17,415 nt of DNA from Clostridia bacterium (GTDB taxonomy: Bacteria; Bacillota; Clostridia; Christensenellales; Aristaeellaceae), in contig JAFZPO010000220.1 in NCBI GenBank assembly GCA_017550305.1, forward strand, positions 1-17,415, written 5' to 3'. Shown here one piece after another: positions 1 to 8,087 of this stretch (the first letter of the stretch is position 1; each line of letters opens with the position of its first letter). A program made the translations under genes and the position numbers. The notes under the pieces were generated by a model. It did no database searches and was not told where the DNA came from. It saw only the letters and a program-made list of their open reading frames with translations.

Positions 1-1186
1 GGAGCTTGGGATCGGCAGAAGAACTGCCGGAGACTGCCAGCTGCGGCATGGGCGTGCTGGTGGGCACGGGTGTGGGCGTCGGGGTCGGCGTAGGCGTGGG
101 AGTGGGAGTCGGCGTCGGAGTAGGAGTAGGTGTCGGCGTGGGCGTCGGGGTCGGCGTTGCGGTCGGCACAGCAGTAGGCACGTCGGTAGGAATGCTCGTA
201 GGTGTTGCCGGCTGCGTGGTCGGAACGACAAAACCGGAGGCCGCGGTCGCGGTCGGGACAACAGTAGCGGGCACGCTGGTCACCGGCACACTCGTCGGTA
301 CGGCAGTCGGTACAGGTGTCGGCGTCGCTGTCGGCGCGGGCGTCGGGGTCGGTGCGGTCACGAGCATGGTGAGCTTGCTGTCCGTACGCCGCCAGCCGCT
401 CTTTTCCTGCAGCGCGGCATATACATCGCCGACAAAGACGTCCTCGAAGCGGACGGAGACTACCCAGGTAGTGCCTGCGTCATCCTTGCGCTGGACAGCA
501 CCGGGAAGCGCTGTGCCGTTTTCGTCGGTCAGCATGACGTTCTGGACCGATTTGGTGGTCGTGATATTGAACTGGGCGGTGCTGCCCACAGTCAGGCTGG
601 TACTGGCGGTCTGGAACAGGTGGATTTCCGCCTGTTCTTCTTTAAGCCCCAGTGTGGACGATACCTTGTCGCGCAGGTCATACAACGCGCCTGCGAAACC
701 GCCGCCGTCACGCGGGCGTGCGACGAGCGAAGGCAGGAAATACATGCCGGCTGCAAACAGCGCGAGGACCAGCACGATGCAGATGAGCGCGGTCAGCCAG
801 CCGTGGCTGCGCGGCTCATCATCGTCTTCATAGGTCTCATCAGGATACAGCTGATCGTCGGCGAGACCGCCGGCGTTCTCCTCAATGCGGCTGCTGCGGC
901 GGTCCTTGCCGTAGGAATGCGGCGCGGGATCCTCGGCTTCGTATACGATCGGCGCGCGGTAAGACGCCGCACTGTCATCCGTGCGGGGGATCTGCTTCGT
1001 TTCTTCAGGCACCGGTGCTTCCGGTCCTTTCTCGTTTACCGGTACAAAACGGCGCGTTTCCTGTACGGGTTCGGCCGGTACGCTTGCGGCGGGCTGCTCG
1101 CTCCTGTGACGGTCGGAACGGCGGTGACGCACATAGGAGGCGGAGGACTGTTCCTGCGGAATATTGGGATCAAACTGATCAGCCAT
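1..1186 (-). CDS. Membrane-anchored protein with extracytoplasmic domain and long Pro/Thr-rich linker (partial; 3' end runs off the left edge)
   Basis: Absent from the ORF track, because it has no stop in the window. I translated the reverse complement by hand and the frame is open for all 395 codons. The ATG is at 1186-1184, with AAGGAG (1199-1194) 7 nt upstream. The protein starts MADQFDPNIPQEQSSASYVRHRRSDRH. It has an acidic/charged, probably disordered N-terminus, then a single hydrophobic helix WLTALICIVLVLALFAAGMYFL (nt 734-799). About 125 aa of mixed sequence follow (EIHLFQTASTSLTVGSTAQFNITTTKSVQNVMLTDENG...). A P/T-rich linker (approx nt 44-358) then runs into ...PMPQLAVSGSSSADPKL at the edge. 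I recognise no family. Confidence 0.75.
   Translation of the reverse strand, partial: MADQFDPNIPQEQSSASYVRHRRSDRHRSEQPAASVPAEPVQETRRFVPVNEKGPEAPVPEETKQIPRTDDSAASYRAPIVYEAEDPAPHSYGKDRRSSRIEENAGGLADDQLYPDETYEDDDEPRSHGWLTALICIVLVLALFAAGMYFLPSLVARPRDGGGFAGALYDLRDKVSSTLGLKEEQAEIHLFQTASTSLTVGSTAQFNITTTKSVQNVMLTDENGTALPGAVQRKDDAGTTWVVSVRFEDVFVGDVYAALQEKSGWRRTDSKLTMLVTAPTPTPAPTATPTPVPTAVPTSVPVTSVPATVVPTATAASGFVVPTTQPATPTSIPTDVPTAVPTATPTPTPTPTPTPTPTPTPTPTPTPTPTPTPVPTSTPMPQLAVSGSSSADPKL
68..157 (-). repeat. In-frame perfect (Thr-Pro)x15 dipeptide repeat inside the P/T linker
   Basis: 30 consecutive codons alternate Thr (ACG/ACC/ACA/ACT) and Pro (CCG/CCC/CCT), covering residues 344-373 of the 1186-start frame. 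The plus-strand mirror reads as (GV)n in listed ORF 6..833. Confidence 0.9.
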
Positions 1187-1234
1187 GTTTTTACTCCTTA
1201 CGGACATAAAAAATAAGAAATAAGATTTCATCCT

Positions 1235-1263
1235 ATTATAGCAAACCGCATGTAAAATGGCAA
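1235..1263 (-). promoter_or_regulatory. SigmaA-like promoter for the 1186 minus-strand gene
   Basis: On the minus strand: TTGCCA (1263-1258), 17-nt spacer, TATAAT (1240-1235). The predicted 5' UTR to ATG 1186 is about 40 nt. Confidence 0.5.
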
Positions 1264-1322
1264 GCGTGGGCGGCATGGATTTACATGCAATAATTGAACA
1301 GTTCCGAGTGCTTTTTGCATGC
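1248..1322. promoter_or_regulatory. Nested inverted repeats (GCATGTAAA / TTTACATGC and CATGCAA / TTGCATG) between divergent promoters; candidate operator
   Basis: A 9-bp inverted repeat has arms at 1248-1256 and 1280-1288, 23 nt apart, bracketing the -35 of the minus promoter. A 7-bp inverted repeat has arms at 1284-1290 and 1315-1321, 24 nt apart, ending 10 nt upstream of the plus-promoter -35. Both share the central element TTTACATGCAA. Neither predicted TSS transcribes this region. Confidence 0.3.
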
Positions 1323-1331
1323 GGATTGCGC

Positions 1332-1360
1332 TTGTGAAAACGCCTGGGAAATGGTATGAT
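1332..1360 (+). promoter_or_regulatory. SigmaA-like promoter with extended -10 for the GT2-lepA-prfA-GNAT-topB operon
   Basis: TTGTGA (1332-1337), 17-nt spacer, then TGgTATGAT (TG at 1352-1353, hexamer at 1355-1360). Confidence 0.5.
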
Positions 1361-1410
1361 ATATAAGGCGAAGTGTGCGCCATCTATTTGTAACACTTGA
1401 GGGAGGGCCT

Positions 1411-2538
1411 ATGCAGGCAAATCAACTGTGCGTACTGATCCCGTCGCTTGAACCGGATGAGCGTCTGCCGAAATATGTCGATTCACTGATCGATGCGGGT
1501 TTCGGGCTGATCCTGATCGTCAATGACGGGTCTTCTGAAGAATATGATCCGATCTTTGATTCGATCAAAGAGAAGGAACGCTGCCATGTCCTGAAGCATG
1601 AAGTCAACCGCGGCAAGGGCCAGGCCCTGCGTACGGGAATCGAGTATATCCGTGACCATACGACGCTTGACGGTGTGATCACGGCGGATGCGGACGGCCA
1701 GCATACGGCCCCGGATACCCTGAAGCTGGCCGAACGTCTGGAGAAGGGGAAACGTGAGCTGCTGCTCGGCTCTCGCGATTTTTCACGGAATAACAAGAAC
1801 ATCCCGGCACGCTCGAGCTTCGGAAACCGCGCTACAAGCGCTGTGTTTGCCATGCTGTACGGGCATTGGCTGCCCGATACGCAGACCGGCCTGCGCGCTG
1901 TGGACCGCGACTGCTTTGACGATCTCCTGGCCGTTACAGGAGACCGCTTTGAGTATGAGATGAACATGCTGATCTACTGCGCGATGAACAAGATCGCGTT
2001 TGTGATCATTCCGATCGAGACCATCTATCTGGAAGAGAACAAGTCCTCACATTTCCATCCGCTACGCGACAGCTGGCGCATCTATAAGCTGCTCCTGGGC
2101 TCCTTCTTCCGCTACAGCGCTGCGAGCATTATCTCATTCCTGGTCGATTATGCGGTCCTGAGCCTGATCATGTTCTATATCTTCCGCGGTTCGTATGCGG
2201 AAGCGACCACGACGATCCTGGGCATCCGCTTTTCTTTCCGCGCACTGGTCGCGGCTCCGATCGCGCGTCTGTTCTCGGCGCCCGTCAATTTCATGCTGAA
2301 CAAGAATTACGCGTTCAGGATCAAGGAAAGCCGCGGCGCGGTGAAGCGCTATATCATCCTCGCTGTGGCATGCCTTGTAGCAACAACGGTCCTGTTCGGG
2401 TTCTTCGATACCTTCGTGCATTCGAATGCACTGCATATCCTGCTCAAAGTTGTGATCGACGTGGGCCTGTATATTTTCAACTACCGAATTCAGCGTAACT
2501 GGGTATTCCGCAGTTCCGCCGGCAAGGAGGGCGCCTGA
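1411..2538 (+). CDS. Bifunctional glycosyltransferase family 2 / GtrA-like membrane protein (polyprenyl-phosphate sugar synthase type, YkoT/CsbB-like)
   Basis: N-terminal GT2 motifs are present: CVLIPSL..., IVNDGSSE and ADADGQH (DxD). The C-terminal ~145 aa (approx nt 2104-2535) contain four hydrophobic helices and end [11 protein letters not shown], a GtrA-family signature. I prefer ATG 1411 (GAGGGAGG at 1399-1406) over the listed GTG 1375. GTG 1375 has only a weak SD and lies about 8 nt from the predicted TSS. The stop TGA (2536-2538) overlaps the lepA ATG by 1 nt. Confidence 0.85.
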   Translation: MQANQLCVLIPSLEPDERLPKYVDSLIDAGFGLILIVNDGSSEEYDPIFDSIKEKERCHVLKHEVNRGKGQALRTGIEYIRDHTTLDGVITADADGQHTAPDTLKLAERLEKGKRELLLGSRDFSRNNKNIPARSSFGNRATSAVFAMLYGHWLPDTQTGLRAVDRDCFDDLLAVTGDRFEYEMNMLIYCAMNKIAFVIIPIETIYLEENKSSHFHPLRDSWRIYKLLLGSFFRYSAASIISFLVDYAVLSLIMFYIFRGSYAEATTTILGIRFSFRALVAAPIARLFSAPVNFMLNKNYAFRIKESRGAVKRYIILAVACLVATTVLFGFFDTFVHSNALHILLKVVIDVGLYIFNYRIQRNWVFRSSAGKEGA

Positions 2539-4346
2539 TGACAAACGACCGCCTTTCTCATATCCGCAATTTCTGTATCATCGCGCATATCGACCACGGC
2601 AAGTCCACACTGGCAGACCGCATCCTGGAACTGACCGGTGTGTTCGAGAAACGCGAAATGGTGGAACAGATCCTTGACTCGATGGAACTTGAGCGCGAGC
2701 GCGGCATTACCATCAAGAGCAAGGCTGTGCGCATGCATTATACTGCGCGCGACGGTGAGACATACGAGCTGAACCTGATCGATACGCCAGGCCATGTCGA
2801 CTTTACGTATGAGGTCAGCCGCGCCTTGGCCGCCTGCGAAGGCGCACTGCTCGTGGTGGATGCCACGCAGGGCATTGAGGCGCAGACGCTGGCAAATGTG
2901 TATATGGCGCTTGAACATAACCTTGAGACCATCCCGGTGATCAACAAGATCGACCTGCCTTCCGCACAGCCGGAGGAAGTACGGCATGAGATCGAGGAAG
3001 TGATCGGCCTGGATGCCGAGAATGCGCCGCTGACGAGCGCCAAGCAGGGCATAGGTATCGAGGATGTTCTAGAAGCTGTCGTGACGCAGATGCCGCCACC
3101 GGAGGGCGATGAGAACAAACCGCTCAAGGCGCTGGTGTTTGACGCGAAGTATGACAACTACCGCGGTGCGATCTGTTATGTGCGCGTGATGGAAGGCCGC
3201 GTTTATCCAGGCATGCGCATGCGCATGATGCAGACCGGTGCCGAGTTCGACGTCGTGGAAACGGGCTACCTGACGCCCAACTGCGAGCCTGCGCAGGAAC
3301 TGCTGGCGGGCGAAGTCTGTTATATCGCTGCCAGCATCAAGGACCTGCGCGACACGCGTGTCGGCGATACCGTGACCGATGCGGCAAAGCCTGCCGATGA
3401 GGCTCTCCCCGGATACCGCAACGTAACGCCTATGGTGTTCTGCGGTATCTATCCTGCCGACGGCGCAGATTACGAAAACCTGAAGGATGCCCTTGAAAAG
3501 CTGCGCATGAACGATGCCTCGCTTTCCTATGAACCGGAGACCAGTGTAGCGCTGGGCTACGGTTTCCGCTGCGGATTCCTGGGGCTTCTGCATATGGAGA
3601 TCATCCAGATGCGTTTGGAGAGGGAGTTTGACCTGGACCTGGTGACTACTGCGCCCAGCGTCATTTATGAAGTGACCAAGACGAACGGTACCACGATGAT
3701 GATCGACAACCCCGCGAACCTGCCGCCGGTAACGGAGATCGCGGAAATGAAGGAGCCGTATGTCCTGGTGACCATTTATACGCCGCAGGACTATGTGGGC
3801 ACGCTGATGGACCTGTGCCAGGAGAAGCGCGGCGTGTTCAAGGACATGCAGTATGAAGGCGGACGCGTCAAGCTGACATATGACGTCCCGCTCAATGAGG
3901 TCATATTTGATTTCTTTGATGCCCTGAAGAGCCGCAGCCGCGGTTATGCGAGCATGGATTATGAGATGAAGGATTATGAGCCCAGTGATCTGGTCAAGCT
4001 CGACTTCCTGCTCAACGGCGATATCTGTGACGCGTTCACCATGATCGTGCACCGTGACCGCGCATATGCACGCGGGCGCAGCATTGCGGAGAAACTCTGC
4101 GAAGTCATTCCGCGCCAGCAGTTCGACATCCCGATCCAGGCGGCCATCGGCGGCAAGGTCATTGCCCGTGAAACGGTCAAGGCGGTCCGTAAGGACGTGC
4201 TCGCCAAGTGCTATGGCGGCGATATTACCCGTAAGAAGAAGCTGCTTGAGAAGCAGAAAGAGGGCAAGAAGCGCATGCGCCAGTTCGGCACGGTCGAAGT
4301 GCCAAGCGAGGCGTTCATGAAAGTGCTGAAGATGAACGACGACTGA
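2538..4346 (+). CDS. lepA: Elongation factor 4 (translational GTPase LepA)
   Basis: N-terminus is [23 protein letters not shown] (G1), followed by DTPGHVDF (G3) and NKIDL (G4). The length (602 aa) and the C-terminal [21 protein letters not shown] tail are typical of LepA. AAGGAGG at 2524-2530. Confidence 0.97.
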   Translation: MTNDRLSHIRNFCIIAHIDHGKSTLADRILELTGVFEKREMVEQILDSMELERERGITIKSKAVRMHYTARDGETYELNLIDTPGHVDFTYEVSRALAACEGALLVVDATQGIEAQTLANVYMALEHNLETIPVINKIDLPSAQPEEVRHEIEEVIGLDAENAPLTSAKQGIGIEDVLEAVVTQMPPPEGDENKPLKALVFDAKYDNYRGAICYVRVMEGRVYPGMRMRMMQTGAEFDVVETGYLTPNCEPAQELLAGEVCYIAASIKDLRDTRVGDTVTDAAKPADEALPGYRNVTPMVFCGIYPADGADYENLKDALEKLRMNDASLSYEPETSVALGYGFRCGFLGLLHMEIIQMRLEREFDLDLVTTAPSVIYEVTKTNGTTMMIDNPANLPPVTEIAEMKEPYVLVTIYTPQDYVGTLMDLCQEKRGVFKDMQYEGGRVKLTYDVPLNEVIFDFFDALKSRSRGYASMDYEMKDYEPSDLVKLDFLLNGDICDAFTMIVHRDRAYARGRSIAEKLCEVIPRQQFDIPIQAAIGGKVIARETVKAVRKDVLAKCYGGDITRKKKLLEKQKEGKKRMRQFGTVEVPSEAFMKVLKMNDD

Positions 4347-5416
4347 TGGACGCGAAATATACCGAAAAATTTGAATGGATGCAGAACCGTCTGGAAGAGC
4401 TCACCGAAGCGGTAGCTCAGCCGGACGTGATGGCTGACCTGCCGCGCTGGCAGGCACTGCTGCGCGAACAGGCGCAGCTGCAGCCTGCTGTATCTGCCTG
4501 GCAGGCATACCGGACGCTCTGCCGGCAGCTCGAGGAGGCGCAGGAGCTGGCGGATGATCCGGACATGGGCGAACTGGCGCGCATGGAGATCAGGACGCTC
4601 AGCGAGCGTGAAAAAGAGGAAGCGGAACGGCTGATCCCTTATCTGCTTCCGCATGATCCGGATGACGACCGCAGCGTGATCCTGGAAGTGCGCGCCGGGG
4701 CAGGCGGGGATGAGGCCAGCCTGTTTGCCGCACTGCTTCTGCGCATGTATACGCGCTATGCGGAGCGTCAGGCATGGTCTGTCTCGCTGACTGACGTGAA
4801 TGAGACGGAGCTAGGCGGCGTCAAGGAAGCAGTCGTGACGATCAACGGCCGCGGCGCGTACAGCCGCCTCAAGTTTGAAAGCGGCGTGCACCGCATCCAA
4901 CGCGTACCCGTGACGGAAGCGGGCGGGCGTATCCATACGTCTACTGCCACGGTCGCCGTTCTGCCCGAAGCTGAAACAGTGGAAGTCGAGATTCGGCAGG
5001 AAGATATCAGGATCGATACATACCGTGCCAGCGGCCACGGCGGCCAGTATATCAACCGTACGGACAGTGCCGTGCGCATCACGCATCTGCCTACAGGCCT
5101 TGTGGTCACCTGCCAGGATGAAAAGAGCCAGCTGAAGAACAAGGATAAGGCCATGAAGGTCCTGGCCAGCCGCCTGTATGACCTCTACCGCAGCCAGGCG
5201 GACAGCGAGTATGCCGCGAACCGCCGCGCACAGGTGGGGACAGGCGAGCGTAATGAGCGTATCCGTACCTATAATTTCCCGCAGGGACGCGTGACGGATC
5301 ATCGCATCGGTCTGACACTGTACAAGATCGATGCCATCGTGGACGGGGATCTGGATGAAATCATCGACGCGCTGACGGTGGAAGACCAGGCGCAGAAACT
5401 GAAAGCGCTGGGCTGA
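4346..5416 (+). CDS. prfA: Peptide chain release factor 1
   Basis: Carries a PVT tripeptide ([23 protein letters not shown]), which marks RF1 rather than the SPF of RF2. The GGQ motif is present ([25 protein letters not shown]). Length is 356 aa and the frame is uninterrupted. The ATG overlaps the lepA TGA (TGATG at 4344-4348). Confidence 0.95.
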   Translation: MDAKYTEKFEWMQNRLEELTEAVAQPDVMADLPRWQALLREQAQLQPAVSAWQAYRTLCRQLEEAQELADDPDMGELARMEIRTLSEREKEEAERLIPYLLPHDPDDDRSVILEVRAGAGGDEASLFAALLLRMYTRYAERQAWSVSLTDVNETELGGVKEAVVTINGRGAYSRLKFESGVHRIQRVPVTEAGGRIHTSTATVAVLPEAETVEVEIRQEDIRIDTYRASGHGGQYINRTDSAVRITHLPTGLVVTCQDEKSQLKNKDKAMKVLASRLYDLYRSQADSEYAANRRAQVGTGERNERIRTYNFPQGRVTDHRIGLTLYKIDAIVDGDLDEIIDALTVEDQAQKLKALG

Positions 5417-5418
5417 GC

Positions 5419-5871
5419 ATGATCATAGAAACAGTTGATCTGCAGAATATAGAGGATGCCGCGCGGGTCCATTCCGCATCCTGGCAGGAATCCCACCGTG
5501 CTTTCTGTGCGGCAGAATTCGTCAATGCGCATACGCCGGAACATCAGAAGGAATACCTGCTTGCAAAAATGCAGCAGGGAACGGCGGTATACATGCTTCG
5601 GGACGATGTACCCGTGGCAGTCGTATCGGTCACAGGGAGCCTGATCGAGGATCTTTATGTGCTGCCGGAATACCAATGCAGAGGCTATGGCACATGCCTG
5701 CTCAGCTGGGCTGTAAGCCGCTGTACGGGAACACCTACCTTGTGGATCCTGAACAATAACGACAGGGCAAGACACCTGTACGAAAAATACGGTTTTCGTG
5801 AGACCGGGAATGTTCACTGGCTGAGCGAAGTATTGAATGAAATAGAGTTTTCTTTGAAAACGGGAGAGTAA
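5419..5871 (+). CDS. GNAT family N-acetyltransferase
   Basis: 150 aa. It has the acetyl-CoA-binding motif-A-like stretch LYVLPEYQCRGYGTCLL (Q/R-x-x-G-x-G/A), and RHLYEKYGF near the C-terminus. It starts 2 nt after the prfA stop. Confidence 0.8.
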   Translation: MIIETVDLQNIEDAARVHSASWQESHRAFCAAEFVNAHTPEHQKEYLLAKMQQGTAVYMLRDDVPVAVVSVTGSLIEDLYVLPEYQCRGYGTCLLSWAVSRCTGTPTLWILNNNDRARHLYEKYGFRETGNVHWLSEVLNEIEFSLKTGE

Positions 5872-5874
5872 CCG

Positions 5875-8070
5875 ATGATCGTAATCGTAGCTGAAAAGCC
5901 CAGCGTAGGGCGTGATATCGCGCATGTGCTGGGCTGCAGTCAGAGCGGCGAGGGCTGCATCACGGGCGACAAGTATACAGTCACCTGGGCACTGGGACAC
6001 CTGGTCACGCTCTGTGAGCCGGATGAGATCGATGAGAAGTATAAGAAATGGCGCATGGACGATCTGCCCATGCTGCCGGATGCACTGCCCACCAAGATCA
6101 TTGCGAAGACGCGCAAGCAGTTCACGGTGGTCAAGAAGCTGATCAATGATAAAGAGACTGAGCGCGTGATCTGTGCAACAGATGCCGGGCGCGAGGGCGA
6201 ACTGATCTTCTATTACATATACACGCAGGCGAAATGCCAGAAGCCTGTAGACCGGCTGTGGATCTCATCCATGACAGACGAGGCGATTCGTGAGGGCTTT
6301 GAACAGCTGAAGCCGGATACGGAATATGAAGGTCTGCGAAAGAGTGCTGTGTGCCGTTCCGAGGCAGACTGGCTGGTAGGCATGAACGCCAGCCGCGCTT
6401 TCACGCTGCGCTATAATGCGCTGCTGTCGATCGGCCGCGTACAGACACCCACGCTCAATATCCTGGTGAAACGCCGTAAGGAAATAGAAGACTTCAAGCC
6501 GGTCGAGTATTATACCCTGACAGCGGATTTCGGTGATTACACGGGCCTCTGGTTCGATGAGAACGCTGAAGACAAGACTGCACAGCGCATAGCCGCCAAG
6601 GAGCGCGCGGAAGAACTGGCTGCCAAGGTCAAGGGGAAGCCGGCACGCGTGCGCTCGGTCACGAGCGAAGAAAAGCGCGAACTGCCTCCCCAGCTGTATG
6701 ATCTGACCAGCCTGCAGCGCGATGCGAACCGGATGCTGGGCTTTACCGCTGAAAAAACGCTTAAGATCGCGCAGTCACTGTATGAGAAGTGGAAGCTGCT
6801 TACATATCCGCGTACCGACAGCCGCTATCTGCCCATGGACATGCTGCCCAAGCTGTACCAGACACTGAAAGTGATACCGGAACCCTACCGGAGCCTGGAG
6901 GCCGGGATGACGCGCAAGGAGGACGGCAAGCTGTATGTCTCCAAGCGCATCTTCGACAACAGCAAGGTCAGTGATCATCATGCACTGCTGCCGACACCCA
7001 AAACGGCAGACCTGAGTAAATTACCCCAGGACGAACGCAGCCTTTACGATCTTGTCGTACGGCGCATGCTCGCTGCCTTCTATCCGGCTTATGAATATGA
7101 CGCTGTGCGTGTGATCACCGACTGTGAAGGCGAAGCCTTCCGCAGTACCGGTCGCGCCGTGAAGCAGGAGGGCTGGAAGGCACTCTATCAGCAGCAGCCG
7201 GAAGAACAGCCGAAGAAAACGCGCGGCAAAAAGAAGACCGAAGAGGAAGAGGATACTGCTCCGCTGCCTGCATTGCAGGAAGGCGAGGAGCGCACAGTCA
7301 AAAAGACAACAGTACAGCAGTGCGCGACCAAGCCGCCCGCACCGCATACCGATGCCAGCCTGCTGGCGGCCATGGAGCACGCAGGCCGCGAGATCGAGGA
7401 TGAGGAACTGCGTGAGTCAATGAAAGGCGCAGGCCTGGGCACACCGGCTACACGCGCAGCCATCATTGAACGGCTGCTGCAGGTGGGCTATGCCGTTCGC
7501 CGCGGCCGTACGATCAATGCGACGGACAAGGGTGTGCGTCTGATAGATGTTGTGCCGGATGAGATCGCCTCACCCGAAATGACCGGACGCTGGGAGAAAG
7601 CGCTGGATGAGATCGCGAAGAACCAGGGGGATACCGACCGTTTTATGCAGGGCATCCGCCGTATGAGCGCGTTCCTGGTGGAGTTTGCCCGCGAAGGTGC
7701 GCCGAAGACGGATTTCCCGGAAGAGCAGCGGCGTGGGAGCAAGAGCGCTTCGCGCTCGGAGATCAAGCCATTGGCAGATGCTGTCTGCCCGCTGTGCGGG
7801 AAGTCCGTACAGGAGACAGCGAAAGCGTTTGGCTGCTCCGGATGGAAGGAAGGCTGCAAGTTTACGCTCTGGAAAGACGGGCTGACACGCGGCGGCGGGC
7901 CTGCCCTGAATGCGAAGATCGTGCAGCTTCTTCTGAAAAACGGTACGGTCAAAGGCAGTACGGGGACGCTGGCAATGAACAGTGAGCAGCTGACGTTCAC
8001 AGCGAACGGACAGAACACGCCCGGCATAAGCATGAATATCCGGTATGAAAAGAAAACTGCGGGGAAGTGA
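5875..8070 (+). CDS. topB: DNA topoisomerase III (type IA)
   Basis: Toprim N-terminus MIVIVAEKPSVGRDIA with ATDAGREGELIF. The active-site Tyr context is LLTYPRTDSRYL. The C-terminal zinc ribbon reads CPLCGKSV...GCSGWKEGCKFTLWK. SD GGGAGAG sits about 9 nt upstream. It starts 3 nt after the GNAT stop. Confidence 0.93.
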   Translation: MIVIVAEKPSVGRDIAHVLGCSQSGEGCITGDKYTVTWALGHLVTLCEPDEIDEKYKKWRMDDLPMLPDALPTKIIAKTRKQFTVVKKLINDKETERVICATDAGREGELIFYYIYTQAKCQKPVDRLWISSMTDEAIREGFEQLKPDTEYEGLRKSAVCRSEADWLVGMNASRAFTLRYNALLSIGRVQTPTLNILVKRRKEIEDFKPVEYYTLTADFGDYTGLWFDENAEDKTAQRIAAKERAEELAAKVKGKPARVRSVTSEEKRELPPQLYDLTSLQRDANRMLGFTAEKTLKIAQSLYEKWKLLTYPRTDSRYLPMDMLPKLYQTLKVIPEPYRSLEAGMTRKEDGKLYVSKRIFDNSKVSDHHALLPTPKTADLSKLPQDERSLYDLVVRRMLAAFYPAYEYDAVRVITDCEGEAFRSTGRAVKQEGWKALYQQQPEEQPKKTRGKKKTEEEEDTAPLPALQEGEERTVKKTTVQQCATKPPAPHTDASLLAAMEHAGREIEDEELRESMKGAGLGTPATRAAIIERLLQVGYAVRRGRTINATDKGVRLIDVVPDEIASPEMTGRWEKALDEIAKNQGDTDRFMQGIRRMSAFLVEFAREGAPKTDFPEEQRRGSKSASRSEIKPLADAVCPLCGKSVQETAKAFGCSGWKEGCKFTLWKDGLTRGGGPALNAKIVQLLLKNGTVKGSTGTLAMNSEQLTFTANGQNTPGISMNIRYEKKTAGK

Positions 8071-8078
8071 TTCCCCGC
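8047..8078 (-). terminator. Intrinsic terminator hairpin, probably bidirectional, between converging topB and anti-sigma genes
   Basis: Perfect 8-bp stem GCGGGGAA (8059-8066) / TTCCCCGC (8071-8078) with a 4-nt loop. On the minus strand the stem is followed by AGTTTTCTTTTC (8058-8047). On the plus strand the tail is a weaker ATTCTTGCGTTATT. The topB stop TGA (8068-8070) lies in the loop. Confidence 0.6.
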
Positions 8079-8087
8079 ATTCTTGCG

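Noticed and set aside
6-833. Listed plus-strand ORF (275 aa) with a long (GV)n tract
   Set aside because: It is the antisense mirror of the (TP)n-encoding minus frame. It starts at a TTG with no SD and has no coherent domain structure. The minus frame has SD, ATG, promoter, a TM helix and 395 open codons.
620-1216. Listed plus-strand ORFs 620..1216 and 1015..1209, and minus ORF 793..978
   Set aside because: They overlap the better-supported minus-strand CDS in other frames. They are Arg/Ala/Gly-rich low-information translations typical of off-frame reading in GC-rich DNA, and they have no SD.
1257-1337. 26-codon ORF MASVGGMDLHAIIEQFRVLFACGLRL between the divergent promoters
   Set aside because: It has no SD and sits in a region predicted not to be transcribed by either flanking promoter.
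1375-1410. GTG 1375 as the start of the GT2/GtrA gene (12-aa N-terminal extension)
   Set aside because: It has only a weak SD and lies about 8 nt from the TSS predicted from the TTGTGA-17-TGgTATGAT promoter. ATG 1411 has GAGGGAGG upstream and gives the usual short GT2 N-terminus before CVLIPS.
3211-3230. Tandem GCATGC/GCGCATG repeat inside lepA
   Set aside because: It simply encodes MRMRMM within a conserved GTPase. It is too short and in-frame to suggest anything beyond coding sequence.
3069-4052. 327-aa antisense ORF inside lepA; similarly 2490..2987, 2738..3157, 4211..4654, 4768..5302, 5299..6000, 7021..7466 and 7488..8033
   Set aside because: All lie antisense or off-frame to genes with unambiguous family signatures. 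Long antisense ORFs are expected in GC-rich coding DNA. None has an SD or a recognisable motif.
4346-5416. Possible programmed +1 frameshift, as in prfB
   Set aside because: The protein carries the RF1 PVT tripeptide, not the RF2 SPF, and the reading frame is uninterrupted. No frameshift site is needed or visible.
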